Assembly (NCBI GenBank): GCA_016699145.1
Contig: CP064962.1
Location: 600,001-632,000, forward strand
Reading direction: 5' to 3'
DNA: 32,000 nt
Source of the DNA: Candidatus Saccharimonadota bacterium
GTDB lineage: Bacteria > Patescibacteriota > Gracilibacteria > UBA1369 > 2-02-FULL-48-14
Shown here one piece after another: positions 16,008 through 22,262 of this stretch (position 1 is the first letter of the stretch; each line of letters starts with the position of its first letter). Under the pieces are notes generated by a model that saw nothing but the letters and a program-made list of their open reading frames with translations, did not search any database and was not told where the DNA came from. The translations under genes and the position numbers were made by a program.

Positions 16008-17160
16008 CCTCCGGTTCAGGCACGTACGTACGTAGTTTCACGAATTTCAAGTACAGCTCAGGGGAAAAGGAAGAGGGAGTAGAGTAGAGATACTTTACTT
16101 CTTCACCCCAACTCCCTCATGGAACAATATAACATGACGAAAGGCATTCGTGGACTGAGAAGATTACTTCGGCAGTTTAACGAAGCTACTTTAAAGCCCT
16201 GGCAGAGAGACGTACTTAGAGAAAGAATCCTTATTTTGGATTGGTACGACCATAATGGAAAGAATAAAGCCAAGACTGCCAGGGCTTTTGAAACTTCTAG
16301 AAGCCACGTACAAAAGCTGGTGAAGGCCAGAAAGGAAGAAGGACTGGGTGGTCTTATTCCGAAAATAACAGGACCCAATAACAAACGTGGATTTAATCTC
16401 ACCAGTGAAGAGAAACAAGAGATTGAACGCTATGCAAGGATGTTTCCAGATTGGAGCCACAAGAAGCTTCACATGTTTCTTCACCAGCACAGCATTTCCA
16501 CCTTGTACCGCTATTTGGCAGCAAAAGGATTACTGGTTCGTAATCGCTGCCCCGGGTTTCACAAGAAACCAAAACCTAGGTCTGCTTGGAAAGTCCAAAG
16601 AAAAACTCCCCAAGGACTACCAAATCTTAAAACCTGGAGACTTGGTAGTCCTAGATTCCATCGTTGAGTTTGTGGACAGCGCCTTCAACAAACTGTACTT
16701 CATTACCTGTGTGGATGTGGCCACCAGGATAGGTTTTGCACTCGTAACCAAGCACCACAGTTCCAAGGCGGCCAAAGCTTTGCTGGAAAAGATGGAAGAA
16801 GTGCTCCAGACCAAGATTAAAGCTGTTTTAACAGACAACGGCAGTGAGTTCCTGGCGTACTTCCATAAAGCCTGCCAGCAGCAAGGGATTGAGCACTTCT
16901 TCACTCGCCCCAGAACACCAAAAGATAATGCGATTTGTGAGCGATTCAACCTTACTTTGCAACAACACCTCTACTGGAGAGTGGACTTAACCAGTCCCAT
17001 TTACAAGATTAATGAGGTGCTCGCGGATTGGCTCGTGGAGTATAATTGCCTTCGTCCACATGAATCTCTCAATATGAGACCTCCAGTTGCTCACTACTTT
17101 CATCTATTCTACTCCCCTCGCCCCATCCCCGAGGTGTACTTGAAACTATGGAACCGGACA
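16008..17160 (+). mobile_element. IS481-like insertion sequence B (limits approximate)
   Basis: It has ~50-bp imperfect inverted repeats: left ...CCGGTTC..TAGTTTCA..TTTCAAGTACAGCTCAGGGG..GGGAGTAGAGTAGA, and right complement TGTCCGGTTCCATAGTTTCAAGTACACCTCGGGG..GGGAGTAGAATAGA. I found no clear target duplication. The right end is 3 nt from GTTGTAC (17164-17170). Confidence 0.6.
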
Positions 17161-17178
17161 GTACGTTGTACGAAATAA
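16119..17178 (+). pseudogene. IS481-type DDE transposase split into two frames at an A5 run
   Basis: Frame 1 (16119-16667) carries the HTH N-terminus. Frame 2 carries the DDE domain (VVLDSI, TDNGSEF, ICERFN) and ends at 17178. The frames overlap around the A5 run at 16601-16605. Removing one A gives ...VQRKLPKDYQILKPGD.... Confidence 0.75.
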
Positions 17179-17226
17179 ATAAGCCTGCTAAGCTCCTTCA
17201 CGAGCTTAAATTTTAATCATAAAACA

Positions 17227-17787
17227 ATGAACAAAGCGCTATCAGTGTTAACAATTATTGGGATTAGCACCTCCCTCTTCGCTTGCACAAACATCACCAC
17301 CGAACAACAAAAAGCAATCACTATTGATAATTTCGGCGAAGAAATAATTTTCACACCTTCTGCGGAAGACTGGTGTGGAGAAGATTGCATCATTTATCCA
17401 GAAAATGGGAATATGTACATTCGTGTCCCAGAAAGTGGAAGTGACACATTCTACCCAGAAGGAACTGACAGAAATCTAGAAGATGCGAGCGAAGAGGTCG
17501 GTGAAATAATCAAAGATTACGAAGAGAACTTGGATTCTACACAAAACAATGAAAAACTACATCCTGGCTGCAAATTAACAGTGGAAGAAGCAAAGTTAAA
17601 ATCAGAAGAGTATGCCATTTCAAACAATCAAAACTGGGGGGCGATAGAATCTGTTAGCTATTATGAGCCCCGACAAGAATATCATATAGTCTATCCCACA
17701 CCTGAAGGACAAAGACTGCTTTTGGGAGAAAACGGTACAATAGTAAACTGTATCACTGGAGAAACAAGGATAATGCCCTTGGAATAA
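17227..17787 (+). CDS. Cassette 8: acidic lipoprotein, 186 aa
   Basis: Signal peptide and lipobox MNKALSVLTIIGISTSLFAC. The cassette begins with TTGTACGAAATAAATAA, like cassette 1. Confidence 0.65.
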   Translation: MNKALSVLTIIGISTSLFACTNITTEQQKAITIDNFGEEIIFTPSAEDWCGEDCIIYPENGNMYIRVPESGSDTFYPEGTDRNLEDASEEVGEIIKDYEENLDSTQNNEKLHPGCKLTVEEAKLKSEEYAISNNQNWGAIESVSYYEPRQEYHIVYPTPEGQRLLLGENGTIVNCITGETRIMPLE

Positions 17788-17794
17788 TTGGCAT

Positions 17795-18046
17795 TCCTAA
17801 CCAAGCATAGTTAAGACTAGAGATTTGTTGGAAAGAAAGGTTAAGGAAAGCTGGTCCCACAAAATTTACGCGCTGCGGTGCCGTAGCTCCTCGCGTGCTC
17901 GGGTTCTCCGCGGCATAAGATCGCGGATGACGCGCACACGCGTCACCGTGAGCCGCTACGACCACATTTTTTGACGCAAATCGGCTTTACAGATTGAATA
18001 AATGACACAGGCGTCAAAAAACGTCAGCGTAAAATCCACGTTAAGC
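17795..18046 (+). repeat. Atypical cassette junction: R''-like TCCTAAC, a GC-rich long hairpin, an 11-bp stem, and a terminal GTTAAGC
   Basis: TCCTAAC is at 17795-17801 and GTTAAGG at 17840-17846. ATTTACGCGCTG (~17865) pairs with CAGCGTAAAAT (~18025). An imperfect ~90-nt GC-rich hairpin spans 17874-17965. TTTTTTGACGC (17967-17977) pairs with GCGTCAAAAAA (18011-18021). The R' box GTTAAGC is at 18040-18046. Confidence 0.35.
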
Positions 18047-18076
18047 GAAATATTTTTTGCCTCTAATATCAAAACT

Positions 18077-18549
18077 GTGAACGAAAATTCAACATCATTA
18101 ACATTTTATCCAAGCAAGTGGAAAACTTTTCTTCTTTTTTTTGTATCACTTTTTTTCACTCTGGGAGGCACTTGGATGATAAGTGATAGAGAGCCTATGG
18201 GATGGTTCGTATCAATCTTTTTTGGCATCGGATGCATAGTATTCATCGCAATTTTGCTACCTCATTCTTCTTACTTACGCATTTCCGAAAAAGGATTTGA
18301 AATACGTTCATTATTTCGCGGCGGGTTTACCAATTGGAATGAAGTAGACCAATTTGAATCTGGATACATTGGACTAAATAAAATGGTGGTCTTCAACTAT
18401 AGCCCAGGGCATAAAAAATATGAAACAGGTAAAAAATAGCAAAAACGATAACAGGTGTTGAAGGGGCATTGCCAGATACCTATGGAAAATCGGCAGAAGA
18501 ATTAGCAAAATTGCTTAATGAATGGAAAGAAAAGTTTTCAAGAAAATAG
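18077..18549 (+). pseudogene. Cassette 9: duplicate of cassette 6 with a frameshift (A7 to A6)
   Basis: By eye the sequence is identical to 13719-14229 starting from GTTAAGC (18040), apart from one missing A at 18431-18436 (versus 14110-16). That change gives a premature TAG at 18437-18439. Confidence 0.8.
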
Positions 18550-18563
18550 GCAAAAAATACATC

Positions 18564-18695
18564 GTACAACAATGTACAACAATGACTATGCGGTTCATTT
18601 CTTCGCTTCGCTCAGTCATTCACCCACATTTGCCAGTGGTGCGCTTTCAGCGTATTTTGCCACTGGCAAACATCGCATAGTCACGAACGTTACAT
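18564..18695 (+). repeat. attC-like site 9 (paralog of attC6)
   Basis: GTACAAC-AATG[TACAACAATG]ACTATGCG ... CGCATAGTCACG-AAC-GTTACAT. It has a 10-bp tandem duplication of the R'' region and scattered substitutions relative to attC6. Confidence 0.75.
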
Positions 18696-18725
18696 GTAAT
18701 TTAATTTTTTTTAAGGCTTTGCTAG

Positions 18726-19220
18726 ATGAATATTATTGAAGAGATTAATAAACTGACAGTAATTGGGAGAACCTGCGTATCAGTAATATGCTTTGAAAGA
18801 TTTTGTAACAAATTTAATATATCACATCCTGATATAAAAAATTTCATTCAACATATTTGGAAAGTTACGCAAGTAAATTCAAATACTTGGGTAGAATGGG
18901 AAAGTGGGTTTTATCACCTAACAATTACTGGTCAAGGTGATCCTTATAATGAAGATTTAATTAATTCAATACCAAAAAATTTACTAGAAGATTTTGATAA
19001 ATTTTCTCAATATGTTTTTGAAACAACCGCTTCAACTTGGTATACTAGTGATATTACTGGATCTTCTGAATTTTTAAGGAAAGTATTAGAATTATGTATT
19101 AAATATGATGTTCCATTACCAAAATTAGATTTTTATACAAATCCACCTAATAATATTCATAATGGATGGGGAAAATCTTTAAGTGATGAAGAAGTTAAGA
19201 ATTGGCAATCCACTATTTAA
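18726..19220 (+). CDS. Cassette 10: hypothetical 164-aa protein
   Basis: AT-rich ORF. Its stop codon (TTTAA context) abuts the left end of an IS200-like remnant. No attC follows. Confidence 0.6.
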   Translation: MNIIEEINKLTVIGRTCVSVICFERFCNKFNISHPDIKNFIQHIWKVTQVNSNTWVEWESGFYHLTITGQGDPYNEDLINSIPKNLLEDFDKFSQYVFETTASTWYTSDITGSSEFLRKVLELCIKYDVPLPKLDFYTNPPNNIHNGWGKSLSDEEVKNWQSTI

Positions 19221-19446
19221 TCGGAAGAATTCCCCGCAGCTTGCTGCGCGGGTGTAGGATGGAGGCATGAGCAACCATATCTACAAAAGCCATAACAAGA
19301 GTCTGTTGCTATATCACTTGGTTTGTCCTGTGAAATGTAGGAGGAAGATTTTAACGGAGGAAGTGGAGTACAGTTTAAAGAAGATCTGCGAAGAGATAGG
19401 AGAGCGGTTTGAGTTGCAATTTGTGGAAATAGGTAGTGATGAAAAC
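19221..19446 (+). mobile_element. IS200/IS605-like remnant (left end plus a 5' tnpA fragment)
   Basis: The hairpin CCCCGCAGC-TTGC-TGCGCGGG and the string TGTAG..GGAGGCATG resemble the left end of the 9602-10145 element. The TnpA fragment MSNHIYKSHNKSLLLYHLVCPVKCRRKIL...EIGSDEN stops just before the HUH motif. Confidence 0.7.
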
Positions 19447-19627
19447 CTTGATGCCTTTCAAGTCGAGTTTCATAACCATCAACAACTTTAAAAGCAGGTT
19501 CTCTTTCCATTAAAGCAGCAATGCGCTGCACAAAAAAAGTGACATGCTTACGTACCTCTTTTATAGAGTCCTCCATTTTAGCAATAGCTCTCTCTATTGG
19601 TGATTCAGAAGGTGTATATGAGGACAT
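19447..19627 (-). pseudogene. 5' fragment (~60 codons) of an unknown gene, truncated at the IS200-like remnant
   Basis: MSSYTPSESPIERAIAKMEDSIKEVRKHVTFFVQRIAALMEREPAFKVVDGYE. The rest of the 136-aa track ORF is antisense to the tnpA fragment. Confidence 0.35.
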
Positions 19628-19639
19628 ACTTCTTGTAAG

Positions 19640-20318
19640 TTACAGATCGTTGGATTCAAATTCCTTTCGAAGTGATTCAAATTGATCAACTGAATCTCCT
19701 TGAGGAGCATAATCCCACCCGGTAGCGGCATGTATTCCTTCATGGACCAAGGTGCCTACTTGCGCACAAAGATTCACTTCATCTCTAACACCAACAAAAA
19801 AAAGCGGGCGATAGGGAAAAACTTGCTGCATCATCAAAGCGTATAGTCTCTGCTGTAATAACACCGCCAAGAGGATCCATAGAAGAATGTTGAGCACAAA
19901 AAACATGAACATCCAAGGTAGCTTTCAAGGAAGCAGAAATATCTTCCTCAGACAGAATGGGCCCAGCAGTTTGAATGAGTCGTTCTTTCAATGGCTCTAA
20001 ATTGGAAGCTATGTAGTCTCTAACATCGGTTACCTGCGCCTTTTGACTTTCATCACAAGGATGAAATTGGCTCAGAAGCTCTTCTCTATATGCCATCAAA
20101 CCTTCGGTCAATTCTTGAGCTTTTTCAAGTAATGCCTTTGCCTCCTGTCGCGTCTCATGTGCTTGCCACGTGTAAGTGGCTAAAGCTATAGAGAGACCAC
20201 CAACGAGTAATGAACCAAGATTTGAAAAAGGTGGCCTTAAAAGCACACTCGGAGCTTTCTTTTCATTTGCTGGAGTGTCAGCTCCTGCTTGTGAATTTCC
20301 ATTCTCCAGTAAAGACAT
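19640..20318 (-). pseudogene. Membrane-anchored HExxH protein, split at an A8/T8 run
   Basis: ORF 19785-20318 carries a TM segment (LGSLLVGGLSIALATYTW). ORF 19640-19912 carries LVHEGIHAA. Removing one T from the run (complement of 19796-19803) gives ...SPAFFVGVRDEVNLCAQVGTLVHEGIH..., a ~225-aa product. Confidence 0.55.
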
Positions 20319-20351
20319 AAAATATTAGGAAGGGAGACCATCAGAAAGCTG

Positions 20352-20379
20352 ACGATACCGCTTTTGGAGAATTTGTCAA
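20352..20379 (-). promoter_or_regulatory. Candidate promoter for the HExxH gene
   Basis: The minus strand reads TTGACA (20379-20374), a 16-nt spacer, then TATCGT (20357-20352). Confidence 0.35.
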
Positions 20380-20436
20380 CCCTCTCCCCTAACTCAGAGG
20401 GTAGACTTCCAGCAAAAACCTGCTAGATTCTGAGCG

Positions 20437-21522
20437 ATGAAAAACCTCACTCTCACCCTCAAAGACGGCACACAAATCACTGGAAAAGCCTTTGGCTCTT
20501 TTAAGGAAAGTGAGGGGGAAGTCGTGTTCACCACCGGAATGGTGGGTTACCCCGAAAGCCTCACCGACCCTTCCTTTAAAGATCAAATCCTGGTGCTCAC
20601 CTTCCCTTTAGTGGGCAATTATGGCGTGCCCAACGAAGCACTGGATGAAGACAAAATCAGCCGCTTTTTTGAAAGCGAAAAAATCCATCTCAAAGGGCTC
20701 ATCGTCAGCGACTACAGTGAAGACTACTTTCATTGGAATGCCGGGAAATCCCTGTCCGATTGGATGAAAGAATACGACGTGCCCGGCATCACCGGAGTGG
20801 ACACCCGTGCTCTCACCCAATTGCTGCGCGACGGCGGTTCTCAACTGGGACAAATTCATCCAAGTAATGAAGCGCCCCACAAAGAATTTTACGACCCCAA
20901 CACCATTAATCTGGTCGCGAAAGTCAGCCCGACGGAACCCAAAACGTATGGCGAAGGTAAAAAACACATCGCCCTGATTGACTGCGGCATGAAGTTCAAC
21001 ATTTTGCGCAGTTTCTTAAAACGTGGCATCAAAGTGACTCGCTTCCCCTGGGATCACAATCCTTTCGATTACGAAGCTGCCCATGGGCTGAAATTCGATG
21101 GCGTCTTCTTTTCAAACGGACCTGGCGATCCCGCACGTTTGCCCGAACCTGTCGCCACCATGGAAGCCTGTTTCGAGCGAAAAATTCCAACCTTTGGCAT
21201 TTGTCTAGGTAGCCAAATCATGGGTCTTGCAGCCGGAGCAAAAACCTACAAGCTCAAATTCGGACACCGCAGCCAAAATCAACCCTGCATCGACACTCGC
21301 AGCGGACGCTGTTATATCACTTCTCAAAACCACGGTTTCGCAGTGAACGATGAAACCCTTCCCTCCGACTGGGAGACCAGCTTCACAAACGCCAACGACG
21401 GAACCGTAGAAGGAGTACGTCACAAAAAACTCCCCTTCTTTTCAGTCCAATTCCACCCCGAAGCCACCCCCGGCCCCACCGACACCGGCTTTCTTTTTGA
21501 TGAATTTGTGGAAATGCTTTAA
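20437..21522 (+). CDS. carA: Carbamoyl-phosphate synthase small (glutaminase) subunit
   Basis: 361 aa. It has the GATase catalytic context FGICLGSQ, plus NHGFAV and FSVQFHPE. Confidence 0.92.
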   Translation: MKNLTLTLKDGTQITGKAFGSFKESEGEVVFTTGMVGYPESLTDPSFKDQILVLTFPLVGNYGVPNEALDEDKISRFFESEKIHLKGLIVSDYSEDYFHWNAGKSLSDWMKEYDVPGITGVDTRALTQLLRDGGSQLGQIHPSNEAPHKEFYDPNTINLVAKVSPTEPKTYGEGKKHIALIDCGMKFNILRSFLKRGIKVTRFPWDHNPFDYEAAHGLKFDGVFFSNGPGDPARLPEPVATMEACFERKIPTFGICLGSQIMGLAAGAKTYKLKFGHRSQNQPCIDTRSGRCYITSQNHGFAVNDETLPSDWETSFTNANDGTVEGVRHKKLPFFSVQFHPEATPGPTDTGFLFDEFVEML

Positions 21523-21555
21523 ACTGAACCCGTTGTGACACTTAGCCCAACGCCC

Positions 21556-22221
21556 ATGCACCGCTACTTCTTCACGATCCTCCTGCTCGCGATCAGTTTT
21601 TCCTTGCCACTGGCTCTTTCGACGCAAGAAGCCAAACAGCAAGTGGAGCTCGCCACCCTCCCACCAACCGACACCGACATCGCGGACGAAGAACCTGATG
21701 AAAATCCCGCACGACCTCCTTTAACCGATATTCAAGGCCATTGGGCTGAGACGCAAATCAACAATCTGTATCAAACCCAGGTCATCAACGGTTATGGAGA
21801 CGGCACCTTTGGCCCCAATGATCCGGTGACTCGCACTCAATTCCTCATCATCGCCCTGCGCGCCTTCCATTACGAAGCGCCGGATGAAAATTATGCCGAT
21901 TTTGCTCACAGCATCGGCCTCATCAACAACCTGGATTATTGGAAAAATCACGGAGATGCCCACGTCACCCGAGCGGAAGCTTTGAAAATTTTGTTGAACG
22001 CAGGCAGCCTCACCGTGGGAGACGAACTCAGCCCCAACTTCCCAGATGTGGACATTGTGAATGACTGGTTCGCTGTTTACAGCGCTTTCGGCAAAGCTCA
22101 GGGCATTGTAACCGGAGACGTTGAAGGAAATTTCAACGGGAATCAAAACGTAAGTCGAGCCGAAACCTGCGCCCTCACCTTGCGCATCATGGAAAGACTG
22201 CCTTCCGAAATCGAAGGATAA
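21556..22221 (+). CDS. SLH-domain surface protein
   Basis: Signal peptide MHRYFFTILLLAISFSLPLALS. SLH-like segments: DIQGHWAETQINNLYQTQVINGYGDGTFGPNDPVTRTQF and FPDVDIVNDWFAVYSAFGKAQGIVTGD. The track start at 21535 is an upstream GTG. Confidence 0.75.
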   Translation: MHRYFFTILLLAISFSLPLALSTQEAKQQVELATLPPTDTDIADEEPDENPARPPLTDIQGHWAETQINNLYQTQVINGYGDGTFGPNDPVTRTQFLIIALRAFHYEAPDENYADFAHSIGLINNLDYWKNHGDAHVTRAEALKILLNAGSLTVGDELSPNFPDVDIVNDWFAVYSAFGKAQGIVTGDVEGNFNGNQNVSRAETCALTLRIMERLPSEIEG

Positions 22222-22262
22222 GCGCTCTGGTTTTTTTTCGAGATAGCCTCTAGAATCCCCGC

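Larger units (their letters stand above)
8086..19220. mobile_element. Chromosomal integron-like platform: intI-like gene, attI and ~10 attC-bounded cassettes, invaded by five IS copies
   Basis: A recombinase gene faces a same-orientation array of small AT-rich ORFs. Each ORF is followed by an imperfect palindromic site that starts with ..YAAC and ends with GAAC-GTTRRRY. The distal limit is uncertain because the array is truncated by an IS200-like remnant at 19221. Confidence 0.8.

Noticed and set aside
17753-17965. 70-aa minus-strand ORF (MVVAAHGDACARHP...), and a possible tRNA-like element in the GC-rich segment
   Set aside because: The ORF runs through a long imperfect hairpin and AT-rich junction sequence, and it has no start context. 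I could not draw a cloverleaf, T-loop GTTCRANYC or anticodon arm. I treat it as a structured repeat.
9401-18695. Regularly spaced repeats that could be read as a CRISPR array
   Set aside because: The repeat units are 120-180 bp, internally palindromic and only conserved at their ends. The intervals between them are 250-1300 bp and hold ORFs. No cas genes are present. These features fit attC sites, not CRISPR repeats.
18518-18739. 73-aa ORF spanning the end of cassette 9 and attC9
   Set aside because: It is the out-of-frame residue of the frameshifted duplicate gene and then reads through the attC palindrome.
19217-19627. 136-aa minus-strand ORF taken as an intact gene
   Set aside because: Its distal ~75 codons are antisense to a recognisable IS200-type tnpA fragment and hairpin. 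Only the first ~60 codons can be native.
20386-20407. The CCCTCT-cccctaactc-AGAGGG hairpin containing CTAAC as a distal attC remnant
   Set aside because: Only the CTAAC pentamer resembles R''. It has no L''/L' arms and no GTTRRRY partner. It is more likely a simple intergenic hairpin.
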